Notes: generated from the letters alone by a model not told the origin. Shown: positions 10,872-21,476, counted from the first letter of the stretch. The stretch: 64,000 nt of DNA from a bacterium (GCA_965221165.1 CBDCRP010000003.1:1600001-1664000); one strand, 5' to 3'. Numbers and translations: made by a program.

Positions 10872-11945
10872 CTACTCCCGGATTTTCTCGATGACGCTCA
10901 GCGTCTGCGCGCCGGGGGTGGGAATCCACATGGATTTTTGCCCTTCGCCTCCCCCGACGATGAGGATGAGGGCGTCCGCGTGGGTGAGGATGGGAACGGA
11001 GGCGTCGGGGTCCGTTCTGTCCACCCAGACGGGGAAGGCGGGGCCTTTCGATTTTCCGCGAACGCCCACGTGCTTCCAGGGCTTTCTCGCCTTCTCGAAG
11101 AGGTATCGCTTCACGTCCGCCTTGCTCCAGCCCGCCCGTGCGATGTAGGCGGCGTGCTCGGGGGCCATGACGAGGACGGGTTCTCCCTGGGAGGAGAGAT
11201 TGTTCCCGCCCAGCGTCGCCATCGAATCCGCGTAGCCGAAGAGAAGGGCGTGCGGGTCGGTGTTGTAGTTATCCGTGATGCAGTGGGGCGACTCGCCGCA
11301 CATGAGAGTGACGGTGCTCTCCCCGGGCGCGAAGCCGCGCTCCACGTGATAAGGCTCCCAGGGATTCGCGTCTTCATTCTCGGCGATGCAGTAGGTGTAT
11401 TTCCCCGGATGGGCGTGTTGGGCGCGGTCCACCTCGCCGGGGACGGCGCCCCCTAAATTGATGAGGCAAAGCCTGAGCGCGCGGCCAATCGTCGCGTTCG
11501 CCCGCCAGCCGGGGCCGAAAAGGCCCGAGCCGGAGTTTATCTTGAGTCGTCTGGCGATGGGGCCGTTCACGATGATGAGCGCAGTGGCGGGGTGCGTCGT
11601 CGTCTGGCGGTGGCTGAGTCCATAGCGCGGCTTGGTGATAGCGGAAAGAGCAGCGACGACGACGGGCAGATACTTAGGTAAGCAGCCCGCCATCACGGCG
11701 TTCACCGCTATGGCGTGGACCGTCGCCACTCCCATCAGGGGAGGAACCTCGGCGATTTCCTCATCAGGCTCCCCCCGCCAGCCGGCCAGCAGGTTCTCCA
11801 CGCGCTCGCTCGTGGGAGGGACGATGGGCAGTCCGTCCGTCCAGCCGCGCTCGTAGAAATAGGCGTTCACCTCATCGAGGGATCCTGCGATCGGCAAAAT
11901 CCGCCTGCCCGCCTCCGGAAAGGGGTTTTCGACGTTCCCGGCCAA
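10872..11945 (-). CDS. Conserved protein commonly partnered with UGSC (seleno)proteins
   Basis: GWTDGLPIVPPT, AVNAVMAGC, RANATIGRALRL and AENE motifs; directly downstream of the UGSC gene. Confidence 0.75.
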   Translation of the reverse strand: MAGNVENPFPEAGRRILPIAGSLDEVNAYFYERGWTDGLPIVPPTSERVENLLAGWRGEPDEEIAEVPPLMGVATVHAIAVNAVMAGCLPKYLPVVVAALSAITKPRYGLSHRQTTTHPATALIIVNGPIARRLKINSGSGLFGPGWRANATIGRALRLCLINLGGAVPGEVDRAQHAHPGKYTYCIAENEDANPWEPYHVERGFAPGESTVTLMCGESPHCITDNYNTDPHALLFGYADSMATLGGNNLSSQGEPVLVMAPEHAAYIARAGWSKADVKRYLFEKARKPWKHVGVRGKSKGPAFPVWVDRTDPDASVPILTHADALILIVGGGEGQKSMWIPTPGAQTLSVIEKIRE

Positions 11946-11957
11946 GTTCCACCTCCC

Positions 11958-12563
11958 CTACTTCGGGCAAAGATTCTCAGGACCTCTGAATTTCTTCTCC
12001 CTGTATTCGGCCCGGAGCGCTCCTGCATCGCCCGAGAGCGCGTGGACGACTTCTTCCACTATGGCGTCCGCCTTGGGGTGAAGCGCCTCTCTCTCAGGTG
12101 CTGCGAGGGGATGGTCCATCTCGACGATGGGCAGGCCGTAGTATCCCTGTCTTCTCGCTATCGCCCGGGCGCTATGGCTGAAGCCCCGGCTCACGATGAC
12201 GCAGGCGGGGCTTCCCAGCCTCTCAAGCTCCACCGCGTCACGGACACTCCACGACGTGGAGGAGCCTCAGTGGCCCACGCCGAGGAGAACGACGGCGCAG
12301 CGCGCGTTCAATTCCTCCAGGATTTCAGGGGATGCCGCCTGGGCGAGATGGTGCTTGCGGCGCTGGACGACCTCCTTGATTCCAGCCGACGCCCGCAATT
12401 GCTCGCGCACCCTGTCCAGCACCCAGTCGGAGAATTCCTTGTTGTTCTCCAAGACTCCGAGAACCATTCCTTTCAGCGTCCCGGGTCTGGGTTTCAGAGC
12501 CTCATCCGGTATTCTGGGAATGCCTGCGGGGGAGATGACGTCCGTATATATCTCCTCGTTCAT
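11958..12563 (-). CDS. UGSC-family selenoprotein (thioredoxin-like), in-frame TGA at 12267-12269, motif GVGH-U-GSSTSW
   Basis: ORFs 12267..12665 and 11958..12233 share a frame separated only by TGA; readthrough gives GH-U-GSSTSWSVRDAVELERLG; downstream hairpin. Confidence 0.85.
12225..12266 (-). promoter_or_regulatory. Putative SECIS element of the UGSC gene
   Basis: GGCUCC...GUCGUGGA-GUG-UCCGUGAC...GGAGCU hairpin immediately 3' of UGA. Confidence 0.6.
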
Positions 12564-12586
12564 CGGATTCTCCAGGCCCCGGTGCT

Positions 12587-13381
12587 CTATCTGCCCGTGA
12601 AGACGGGCTTTCTCTTCTCCATGAACGCCGTGCGGCCCTCTTTGTAATCGGCGCTGTCGAAGCATTCTTTCGAGATTCTGGCGATCATCTCGAAATCGCG
12701 TTCCGCGCCGTCTTTCAACACCTCGCCGATGGTGAGCTTGGACGCCTTGACCGAAAGCGGCGCGTTATTCGCGATGGTGGAGGCCATATCCACCACGACG
12801 TCTTCTAGTTCATCCACGGGCACGACGTCGTTCAACAGCCCGATTTCGAGCGCTTTCGCCGCCGGGATGCGCCGGGCCGTGAAGAGGATCTCCTTCGCCT
12901 TCGCCGGCCCCACCAAATCGACGAGCTGCTTCAGGTTGTCGAAGCCATAGGCGATGCCCAGACGCCCGGCGGGGATGCCGAACTGCGAATCATCCGACGC
13001 CACCCGTATGTCGGCGTTAAGCGCGATGCCCAGCCCACCACCCAGGCAGTAGCCCTGAATCATGGCGATCAGAGGCTTTTTCATCCCCACCATGATCTCT
13101 TTGGCTTCTTCCGATATCCGCGTGTACTCGGCGGCCTGCTCGGCGTTGCTCCTGTTCTTCTCGAATTGGGAGATGTCCGCGCCCGATACGAACGCCTTAT
13201 CGCCCGCGCCCTTCATCACCACGACGCGGACGGCGTCGTCGGCCTCGAAATTTTCGAGTATCTCGGCGATGGCCCCCCACATCTCGAGCGAGAGCGCGTT
13301 TCTCCGCTCGGGGTTGTTGAAGATCATCCAGCCGATTCCCGCATCCACCTCGAAAGCCATTTTCTCCGTCGATAACTGCAT
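12587..13381 (-). CDS. Enoyl-CoA hydratase/isomerase family protein
   Basis: AFVSGADISQF, GYCLGGGL and DYKEGRTAFMEKRKPVFTGR. Confidence 0.92.
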   Translation of the reverse strand: MQLSTEKMAFEVDAGIGWMIFNNPERRNALSLEMWGAIAEILENFEADDAVRVVVMKGAGDKAFVSGADISQFEKNRSNAEQAAEYTRISEEAKEIMVGMKKPLIAMIQGYCLGGGLGIALNADIRVASDDSQFGIPAGRLGIAYGFDNLKQLVDLVGPAKAKEILFTARRIPAAKALEIGLLNDVVPVDELEDVVVDMASTIANNAPLSVKASKLTIGEVLKDGAERDFEMIARISKECFDSADYKEGRTAFMEKRKPVFTGR

Positions 13382-13424
13382 TCCATGCTCCATACGTTGC
13401 GCCCCCGAGGGGGCAAGATTGTTT

Positions 13425-14612
13425 TCAGACGATGCCCTCATCGCGCAATCGATTTATCGCTTCCGTATCGTAGCCCATTTCCTTCAAAATCTCTTCCGTA
13501 TGCGCCCCCAACTCGGGCGTCGCACCACGCATCTTCTGCGGGGTGCGCCTGAGCTTCACCGCCTGGCCCACGATCTTGATGTGCCCCATCTCGGGATGCT
13601 CGACCTCGGGCGACATGTTCAGCCCCTTGACCTGCGGGTCGGCGAACGTCTGATCGACCGTGTAGATGGGCCCGCAGGGGATTCCCGCCTCGTTCAGGAT
13701 CTCAATCCACTCGGCGCCCGGCTTCATCCGCGTCCGGTGCGTGATGGCCTCGTGCAGCGCCTCGCGGTTTTCGTAGCGCTTCTCGAGGCTCGCATAGTCG
13801 GGATGTTCGATGAGTTCGGGCATTTCCAGGGCGCGCGCGAGGCGCTCCCAAAGATGCTGGGGGCCGGACTGGATGTTGATCCGCCCGTCTGCGGTCTCGA
13901 AAACGCCCGCAGGCAAAAAGGTGGGGTGGTTGTTTCCCTGCTGGGTGGGCACCTCCTCGAACAGCAGATATCGGGCGGCCTGAAAGTCCATCATCTGAAT
14001 CTGGGCTTCGAGCAGCGAAGTGTGCACCCATTGTCCCTCGCCCGATACCTCCCGCTCCAGCAGGGCGATGAGAAGCCCCTGCGCGAGCATGAAGCCCGCG
14101 GAGAGATCGGCAATCGGAATGCCCACCCGCATGGGGCCCTCCCCCGGCTTTCCGGTAACGGACATGAGGCCGCTCAGCCCCTGGGCGATCTGGTCCAGCC
14201 CCGGGCGTCTGCGATACGGGCCCTCCTGGCCGAAACCGGAGATGCTCCCATAGACGATGCGCGGGTTGACCGCGCGGCACGACTCGTAATCCACCCCCAG
14301 GCGGTGCTTCACGTCGGGCCGGTAGTTTTCGATCACGAGGTCGGCGTTTTGCACCATGCGGAAGAATATCTCGCGGCCTTTTTCCTCGCGCAGGTTGAGC
14401 GCCATGCTTCTCTTGTTGCGGTGCAGGTTTTGCGCCTCATAGCCGTTCCGGGGATTCATCATGTTGTCCGCATAGCCGCTCGAGAGAGGCGCTTCTATCT
14501 TGATGACGTCCGCCCCCCAGTCCGCGAACTGGCGAACCGCCGTGGGGCCGGCCCGCGCGCGGGTGAGATCGAGCACCTTGAAACGGGAAAGGGGTAGAGA
14601 ATTATCTTGCAC
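13425..14612 (-). CDS. CoA-transferase family III (CaiB/BaiF)
   Basis: VLDLTRARAGP, GADVIKIE, RNKRS, ENYRP and ISGFGQEGPY. Confidence 0.92.
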   Translation of the reverse strand: MQDNSLPLSRFKVLDLTRARAGPTAVRQFADWGADVIKIEAPLSSGYADNMMNPRNGYEAQNLHRNKRSMALNLREEKGREIFFRMVQNADLVIENYRPDVKHRLGVDYESCRAVNPRIVYGSISGFGQEGPYRRRPGLDQIAQGLSGLMSVTGKPGEGPMRVGIPIADLSAGFMLAQGLLIALLEREVSGEGQWVHTSLLEAQIQMMDFQAARYLLFEEVPTQQGNNHPTFLPAGVFETADGRINIQSGPQHLWERLARALEMPELIEHPDYASLEKRYENREALHEAITHRTRMKPGAEWIEILNEAGIPCGPIYTVDQTFADPQVKGLNMSPEVEHPEMGHIKIVGQAVKLRRTPQKMRGATPELGAHTEEILKEMGYDTEAINRLRDEGIV

Positions 14613-14778
14613 GAGCACACTCCCAGGAAAAATGAAATCGATTTGGAATACGGGATTTCTCCGCCCGTAAGGTATCAGAATCTTAAGCGTTTGCGCAGTC
14701 CGGGAGGGGTGAGTTTCACGATTTGGGAGCGCTACTGCCCCTCGGCGCGAAAGGGGCTTCAAGGAGAGTATTTTTCTC

Positions 14779-14855
<77 letters not shown>

Positions 14856-14947
14856 ATGAGGCGGCCTAGCGTACCACAACCCAATCTCGCACTGGAATCA
14901 AAGGGGAGAAAAGCCAAAATGAACGGGAGCCGACAGGCCCGCGCGCG

Positions 14948-17197
14948 TCAGGCGGGCGCCGGCTGCGCCGTTTGCCCGTTTCGCCTGCTGTGCTGATACC
15001 AGTACAAGGCGGCGAAAATCGCCACCGCCAGAAGCTGCACTACGGGGCGCGGACCGCCCGTGAAATCCGTGATGAGCGAGGGTCTGAACGCTGCGACGCA
15101 CACCACCATCAACACCGCCCGCTCGCCCCAGTTGCAATTATCGGCGAAATAGCCCTGAAGCGCAGACGCGAAGGCGAATATCGCCACAAGGGAGACAAAG
15201 CACACCCAGGCGATTTTCATCACGTCGTTGATCCAGATGATCTCGCCCTTGGGGCCGACGCCCTGCATCATCAACAACTCGAGGTTGTAGATGAACACGA
15301 AGGGCAGCACGGCGGTCCGCAAGTCATAGACGAAGCCCTGCACGCCCGTCTGGATGGGGTCTGACTTGGCTATCGCCGAGGCGGCGAACGCGGCGAGACC
15401 CACGGGCGGCGTGTCGTCGGCCAGGATGCCGAAATAAAAGACGAACAGATGGGCCGCGAGCAGCGGCACCACGAGGCCCGACTTGGCGCCCAGGCTCACG
15501 ATGACGGGCGCGGTGAGCGTCGCCATGACGATGTAGTTCGCCGTCGTGGGCAGGCCCATCCCCAGGACGAGGGAGCACAGCGCCGTGAGCAGGAGCATGA
15601 GCACCACGTTGCCCAGGGAGACGATTTCGATCAATTCGATGAAGCGGCCGCTCAGGCCCGTGAGGGTGACGGTGCCGACGATGATGCCCGCCGCCGCCGT
15701 CGCCACGCCGATGCCCATCATGTTCTTGGCCCCCGCCAGCATGCCCTGCCACACGTCGCCGAAACTCTCGCCGAAACCCGCTAGCACCCCGTGCCAGAGG
15801 CGATCTTCGAGTTCCTGGAAATGAGCCTCGCCGAACAACTCCCGCAGGTGGGCGACGTTCTTCTCCCGCTTCATGTCGCGCAGGACGGCGATGGTGTTTT
15901 GCATGGGACGCTGGACGACGATGATCGCCATGGTCAGCAGGATCGCGTTGAAAGCGGACGCCACGGCCGACATGCGCAGGATGACGAGCGTGTAGATCAG
16001 CGCCAGGATGGGAACGACGTAATGGATGCCGCTGATGAGCGTGTTCCAGAACAAGGGCAGCTCATCCGCTTCGAGCGGCCTCAAGTCGAGCTTGAGCGCT
16101 TCCAGGTGAACCACATAGAAAAGGGCGATGTAAGACAGCAGGGCCGGCAGTATCGCGGCGCGCACCACGTCGAGGTAGGCCAGACCCAGAAACTCCGCCA
16201 TGATGAACGCGGCGGCGCCCATCACCGGCGGCATGAGCTGTCCGTTCGTGCTCGCGCCCACCTCCACCGCGCCCGCCTTGTAGGCGGGCAGGCCCACTTT
16301 TTTCATCAAGGGAATCGTGAAGGTGCCCGTCGTCGCCACGTTCGCGATGGACGAGCCCGAGACCAGCCCCGTCATGCCCGAGGCGACGACGGCCGCCTTG
16401 GCGGGTCCGCCCCGGAAACGGCCCAGCGCCGCGAAGGCCACCTGCACGAAGTAGTTCGCCGCCCCCGCCTTGTCGAGCAGGGAGCCGAACAGCACGAAGA
16501 GGAACACGAAGCTCGTCGACACCCCGATGGGCACGCCCCAGATGCCGCTGTCGCTCAGATACATGTGGTCCACGACGAATTCGAGCGGAACGCCCGGGTG
16601 CGCGATAAACGAGGGCATGTAGGGACCCACGAAGCAATAGAGCAGGAACAGGATGGCGAGAATCGGTAGCGCGGGCCCGAGCGCGCGGCGCGCGGCCTCC
16701 AGCAATAGAACGACGAGAATCGCCCCTATGATGACGTCGCGCTGGATGGGAAGTCCCGAACGCTGGATGATGTTCACGTAGTCCCAGGCCATGTAAAACG
16801 CGCCCATGCCCGCAATGATCGCCAGCGCGTAGTCGTACCAAGGGATGACCTCTCGCGTGGGGCGATGGGGACGCATGAAGCCGGGGAAAACCTGGATCGA
16901 CACCTGCTGAATCCAGCCCTCGCCCGGTTTTTTCGTCCCCGGGAAGGCCAGATAGACCATCGTGATGGCGAAGGTGAGATGGATGCTTCTGGCGATGATG
17001 GAGTTCAGGGGGGTGTAGGCGATGTAGAGTTGAAAACAGGACCAGGAGATTGCCAGAACCGAGACGAGCCAGGCCGTGAGGTTTTTGGGCTGCCGCCCGC
17101 CGGATTCCGCCTCGGCGGCGATTTCCTCCGCCGCCCGCTTGGATTCTTCGTCGATCCCTGCCCCCAAAACGTCAGCGGAATCACCCGGCTCGCTCAT
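14948..17197 (-). CDS. TRAP transporter fused 4TM/12TM permease (TAXI type)
   Basis: GGPAKAAV, GQLMPPVMGAAAF, LGMGLPTTANY and DDTPPVGLA. Confidence 0.92.
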   Translation of the reverse strand: MSEPGDSADVLGAGIDEESKRAAEEIAAEAESGGRQPKNLTAWLVSVLAISWSCFQLYIAYTPLNSIIARSIHLTFAITMVYLAFPGTKKPGEGWIQQVSIQVFPGFMRPHRPTREVIPWYDYALAIIAGMGAFYMAWDYVNIIQRSGLPIQRDVIIGAILVVLLLEAARRALGPALPILAILFLLYCFVGPYMPSFIAHPGVPLEFVVDHMYLSDSGIWGVPIGVSTSFVFLFVLFGSLLDKAGAANYFVQVAFAALGRFRGGPAKAAVVASGMTGLVSGSSIANVATTGTFTIPLMKKVGLPAYKAGAVEVGASTNGQLMPPVMGAAAFIMAEFLGLAYLDVVRAAILPALLSYIALFYVVHLEALKLDLRPLEADELPLFWNTLISGIHYVVPILALIYTLVILRMSAVASAFNAILLTMAIIVVQRPMQNTIAVLRDMKREKNVAHLRELFGEAHFQELEDRLWHGVLAGFGESFGDVWQGMLAGAKNMMGIGVATAAAGIIVGTVTLTGLSGRFIELIEIVSLGNVVLMLLLTALCSLVLGMGLPTTANYIVMATLTAPVIVSLGAKSGLVVPLLAAHLFVFYFGILADDTPPVGLAAFAASAIAKSDPIQTGVQGFVYDLRTAVLPFVFIYNLELLMMQGVGPKGEIIWINDVMKIAWVCFVSLVAIFAFASALQGYFADNCNWGERAVLMVVCVAAFRPSLITDFTGGPRPVVQLLAVAIFAALYWYQHSRRNGQTAQPAPA

Positions 17198-17316
17198 TCA
17201 TTCACCCCTCAAACGATTACCTCACTTCGTTGAAAGATCGAAATTCGAATCACCACACGAAACCGGGGGGCGCTCGGCCCCCCGGCCCATGCGGCGGACG
17301 TTCGTCCGAAATTACG

Positions 17317-18285
17317 CTACTTCATCAAGCCTTTTTCCTTGTAATAACGCGTGGCGCCCGGATGGAAGGGAGCCGAGAGGCCCCCGAGCATGTCTTTCTT
17401 CGTCAGGTACTTGAACGCCGCGTGCGTGGCGCGGAGCTGGTCGAGATTATCGAAGATGGTCTTCACGACGTTGTAGACCACGTCGTTGGGCTGCTTGGAG
17501 CCGGTCACGAAGGTGGCCTTCACCGCGTAGGTGGGCACGTCCTTGTTGACGCCCTTGTAGATGCCGCCCGGGATGTTCGTCATCACGTAGTAGGGCTTGC
17601 CGGCCACGAGCTTCTGGATGCCCATGGAGTTCACGGGAATCATGCGAATAGCCGTGCTGTTGGAGATCTCGAGACCACCGCCCCAGGGGTTGCCGACGGT
17701 GTAGAAGAACGCGTCGATCTTCTTGTCCACCAGCGCGCGGTTCGCCCCGCCCTGCTGCAAGCCCTCGGCTTTGATGTCCTTGTTCTGGTCGATGCCGTAG
17801 ATGCGCAGAATGTCTGTAGCGTTTCCGCGCTGGCCGGAGCCGGGGTTGCCGATGTTGATGCGGCGTCCCTTGATGTCCGATACCTTCATGATGCCCGAAT
17901 CCGCGCGTGCGACGAGCATGATGGTTTCCGGGTGAACGCTGAAGACGCTCCTGAGACCCTTGTAGGCTTTGCCCTTCCAGTCGGCCGTGCCGTTATACGC
18001 CTGAAAGTTCCTGTCGGATTGGGCGACGCCGAAGTTCAGGAGACCGCGTTTGATGGCGTTGATGTTGAACACCGAACCCAGCGCGGGACGGCCGATGCAG
18101 TTATAACCCTTGCTCTTCAAGGTCTTGTTCACCAGCTTGCAGACGTTCAGCGCCACCTGGTAGTACACGCCCGTGGTGGATCCGCCGCCGACCACCAGGA
18201 ACTTCGCGGCGCTCGCCGGAACCGCGACGCCCGCGATCGAAACCGCCACGACGGAAGCGAGTATGAACTTCATTACTTTTTTCAT
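17317..18285 (-). CDS. TAXI family TRAP solute-binding protein
   Basis: Signal peptide; GVYY, GSVFN, AQSD, GNPGSG and PFHPGA. Confidence 0.92.
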   Translation of the reverse strand: MKKVMKFILASVVAVSIAGVAVPASAAKFLVVGGGSTTGVYYQVALNVCKLVNKTLKSKGYNCIGRPALGSVFNINAIKRGLLNFGVAQSDRNFQAYNGTADWKGKAYKGLRSVFSVHPETIMLVARADSGIMKVSDIKGRRINIGNPGSGQRGNATDILRIYGIDQNKDIKAEGLQQGGANRALVDKKIDAFFYTVGNPWGGGLEISNSTAIRMIPVNSMGIQKLVAGKPYYVMTNIPGGIYKGVNKDVPTYAVKATFVTGSKQPNDVVYNVVKTIFDNLDQLRATHAAFKYLTKKDMLGGLSAPFHPGATRYYKEKGLMK

Positions 18286-18619
18286 TGGATATTCTCCTTC
18301 AGTGGGGTGAGGTGGATAATGGACTGACCAAGTATGGCTGATGAGTTTTTCCTTTGTGTAAACGTCATCCACAGGTGCTCCTCGTGGATGGCGAATCTCA
18401 GGGAAAACCTCAACTATCGGCCTTTGCCGATTCTTTGTTCTCGGTATGATTGCCCAATCCAAGGATAATGAGCGAAAAACCTGATGTCAACAAGAAACTA
18501 AATGCCGGCAAGCCATTTTCACCTCTTTGGGGTATCCTCATCGCCTGAAGGAACTCTGTTTCCGGCATGTCCGCCGATAAGGACGGGTGTGGCCTCATCT
18601 ATCCATTCGGGGTTGCGGG

Positions 18620-19828
18620 ATGAGTCGAACAGCGTGGGACGCCATCGTGGTCGGGGGCGGCATACTCGGTCTTTCCACCGCCATGGAGATCACCCGCCGC
18701 CACCCCGAAAAGCGCGTCCTCGTCCTCGAGAAAGAAGCCGGCGTCGGCCGCCACCAGTCGCTCCACAACAGCGGCGTGATCCATGCGGGACTCTACTACC
18801 GCCCAGGCTCGCTCAAGGCGAAAACCTGCGTGGAGGGCGCGGCCGCCATGGTGCGCTTCGCGCAGGAGCACGGAATCGACCACGAAATCTGCGGCAAGGT
18901 GGTCGTCGCCACGAACGAGGCGGAAATCCCACGGCTCGAGGAACTACGCCGCCGGGGCGAGGCCAACGGCATCGAGAACATCGAGGTTCTGGGGCCCGAG
19001 GCGCTCGGGGAAATCGAACCCCACGCCTGGGGCGTCAAGGCCCTTCGGGTGCCCTCCACGGGCATCATCGACTATGGCGCCGTCGTGCGCGCCTATGCCC
19101 GCATCATCGAGGCGGGGGGACAGAAGATACAGACCTCAGCGCAAGTCACCGGAATCAGCATCGCAAGGGGAGAAAAACGGGTCGAAACCACGGCGGGGGA
19201 TTTCGGCGGAAAACTCATCGTCAACTGCGCGGGGCTTTACGCCGATAGAATCGCCAGGCTCGCGGGCGGTGCGCCGCCGATGAAGATCGTGCCCTTTCGC
19301 GGCGAGTATTACGAACTCACGCCCGGGCGCCGCGCGCTCGTCAAGAGCCTGATCTACCCGGTGCCCGACCCGGCGTTTCCCTTCCTGGGCGTACACTTCA
19401 CCCGCCGCGTGAACGGGAGCGTGGAAGCCGGGCCGAACGCCGTTTTGGCCTACATGCGAGAGGGTTATACGAAAACCAGAATCAACCCCTACGACCTGCT
19501 CGAAACCCTCACCTACCCCGGCTTCCTGAAGCTGGCCCGGAAATACTGGAAGGTGGGTCTGGGCGAGATGGTCCGCTCCATGAGCAAAGCCGCCTTCACG
19601 CGGGCGCTGCAAAAGCTAATCCCTGAGATTCGGGAATCGGACCTCGTGCCCGCAGGCGCGGGCGTTCGCGCGCAGGCGGTGAACAGGGACGGCGGCCTGC
19701 TCGATGATTTCTCCATCATCAGGACGGAGGGCGCGGTCCACGTGTGCAACGCCCCTTCGCCGGGGGCGACGGCATCCTTGATGATAGGCCGCGCCATCGC
19801 GGACATGGCGGAGGAGATGGCGGGCTGA
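18620..19828 (+). CDS. lhgO: L-2-hydroxyglutarate oxidase
   Basis: GGGILG, HNSGVIHAGLYY, PFRGEY, FPFLGVH, GVRAQA and NAPSP. Confidence 0.9.
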   Translation: MSRTAWDAIVVGGGILGLSTAMEITRRHPEKRVLVLEKEAGVGRHQSLHNSGVIHAGLYYRPGSLKAKTCVEGAAAMVRFAQEHGIDHEICGKVVVATNEAEIPRLEELRRRGEANGIENIEVLGPEALGEIEPHAWGVKALRVPSTGIIDYGAVVRAYARIIEAGGQKIQTSAQVTGISIARGEKRVETTAGDFGGKLIVNCAGLYADRIARLAGGAPPMKIVPFRGEYYELTPGRRALVKSLIYPVPDPAFPFLGVHFTRRVNGSVEAGPNAVLAYMREGYTKTRINPYDLLETLTYPGFLKLARKYWKVGLGEMVRSMSKAAFTRALQKLIPEIRESDLVPAGAGVRAQAVNRDGGLLDDFSIIRTEGAVHVCNAPSPGATASLMIGRAIADMAEEMAG

Positions 19829-19973
19829 CCCCCTATATGCCCCAAGAGGGGGAATTATCATATAAAGACATATATATCAACAGGTTAAATTTTCCGATAT
19901 TTTCACTTATTTTTCACTTATTTTTCGAATTTTTCACCCATTCCGCGCGATCATCATGACGGTAAATGGAGGG

Positions 19974-20033
19974 TCAAACCCGACCGATGAGGGAGGGTTT
20001 GCGCCTTTCGTAGGTCGGACATATATGTCTGCC
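19974..20033. repeat. 29-bp spacer unit (25/29 identical to 21497-21525) plus GTAG-type REP (20010-20033)
   Basis: TCAAACCCGACCGATGAGGGAGGGTTTGC vs TCAAACCCGACTGATAAAGGAGGATTTGC; GTAGGTCGGACATATATGTCTGCC palindrome. Confidence 0.65.
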
Positions 20034-20171
20034 ACCTGCGTGTCCGCCCACACATATATGCGTCCCGCGCCCCTTCGCCCCCAAAACATGGGCCGATGGG
20101 GTGGACGCCCCCTTCCGGCAGCATCAGAATGTGGCGAGATGACGTCACACACCGCCCGGAAGGAGGCATCC

Positions 20172-21197
20172 ATGGAAGGAGTCTACATCATCGGTATCGA
20201 TCTGGCGAAACACAGCTTTCAACTCCACGGCGCGCGGGCGGGCGGTTCGGTCGCGTTCCGCAAGAAGCTCGGCAGGACGAGGATACTGGGCTTTCTGGCG
20301 TCGCAGCCGCGTTGCGTGGTGGCGATGGAGGCGTGCGCGGGCGCGCACCATTGGGGCCGGGCGATCGGGCGGCTCGGTCACGAGGTGAGGCTGGTGCCGC
20401 CGCTCTACGTGAAGCCCTTCGTGAAGCGCCACAAGAACGACGCGGCGGACGCGGAGGCGATCTGCGAGGCGGCCACTCGGGCGACGATGCGCTTCGTGGC
20501 GGTGAAGAGCGAAGCGCAGCAGGCCCAGGGGATGCTGTTCCGCACGCGCGATTTGCTGGTTCGCCAGAAGACGCAGACGATCAACGCGTTGCGGGGTCAC
20601 CTGGCGGAGTTCGGGGTCGTCGCGCCGCAGGGGCCTGTGGGCCTCACGCGGTTGGCGGCGGCGGTTCGTGGAGCGGAATCGGGGCTGCCCGTGGCGGTTC
20701 GGGAGTTGGGCGAGATTTTTCTGGAGCAAATCGCCGGTCTGAGCCGGAAGCTCGGGGAGTTGGACAGTCAGCTTCGCGCGAGCGCCTGCGCGGACGAAGA
20801 GGCGCGGCGTCTGATGCGGGTTCCGGGAATCGGTCCGGTAACGGCGTCGGCGCTGCGGGCCTTCGCGCCTCCGATGGAGAGCTTCCGGCGGGGACGGGAC
20901 TTCTCCGCCTGGCTGGGTCTGGTCCCCCGGCAGCACTCCACGGGGGGCAAGGCGCGCCTGGGGAGGGTATCGAAGATGGGGCAGCGTGACGTGAGGCGGC
21001 TGTTGATCACGGGCGCGATGTCGGTGATTCGCCAGGCGGTCCGGCGCGGCGCGCCGCCGGGTTCGTGGTTGGCCCGGATGCTCGCGCGCAAACCGAGGAT
21101 GCTCGTCGCGGTGGCGCTGGCCAACAAAATCGCACGCGTCGCCTGGGCGCTGATGAAGAACAAGGACGACTACAGGGAACCGGCGCCCCTCGTCTGA
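20172..21197 (+). CDS. IS110 family transposase/recombinase
   Basis: IGIDLAK, MEAC, KNDAADA (DEDD RuvC-like) and GLVPRQHSTGGK (Tnp Ser). Confidence 0.95.
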   Translation: MEGVYIIGIDLAKHSFQLHGARAGGSVAFRKKLGRTRILGFLASQPRCVVAMEACAGAHHWGRAIGRLGHEVRLVPPLYVKPFVKRHKNDAADAEAICEAATRATMRFVAVKSEAQQAQGMLFRTRDLLVRQKTQTINALRGHLAEFGVVAPQGPVGLTRLAAAVRGAESGLPVAVRELGEIFLEQIAGLSRKLGELDSQLRASACADEEARRLMRVPGIGPVTASALRAFAPPMESFRRGRDFSAWLGLVPRQHSTGGKARLGRVSKMGQRDVRRLLITGAMSVIRQAVRRGAPPGSWLARMLARKPRMLVAVALANKIARVAWALMKNKDDYREPAPLV

Positions 21198-21458
21198 GCG
21201 GCGGGCGCGCGGATAGAACCGGGAGGAATGTGGGCAGGCCACAGGAGGAGTAAGGGCAAACGGTCTTCGAGACGGGGTCGGGGAAACCAGTTACATGCGA
21301 CGAGTGAAGCACCAAGCTCGCCGGGTCGATTCGGACCCGACCCACTCATCTCCATACGGGCCCGCGGCCAGGATGAAGCGCCGCAACCAAGAGGCCGAAT
21401 GTACGACTGAGCCGGACCGCTTTGCGCCGAACCCTCCGAAGAAACCGCTTGCATTCTG
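21198..21458 (+). ncRNA. Putative bridge/seekRNA in the IS1111 3' non-coding region
   Basis: Guide-like segments flanking hairpins match the target (TACATGCG, GGGTCG) and the donor junction (CCATACG, ATGTACGA); boundaries approximate. Confidence 0.7.
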
Positions 21459-21476
21459 AGGGGGCGTCCATGTACG

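Larger units (their letters stand above)
20094..21476 (+). mobile_element. IS110-family (IS1111 group) insertion sequence inserted in a REP at a CG core
   Basis: Sub-terminal 12-bp IRs TGGACGCCCCCT (20102-20113) and AGGGGGCGTCCA (21459-21470); CG at 20094-95 and 21475-76; removal restores GGGCCGCATGTATGCCGCCCCTAC. Confidence 0.85.
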
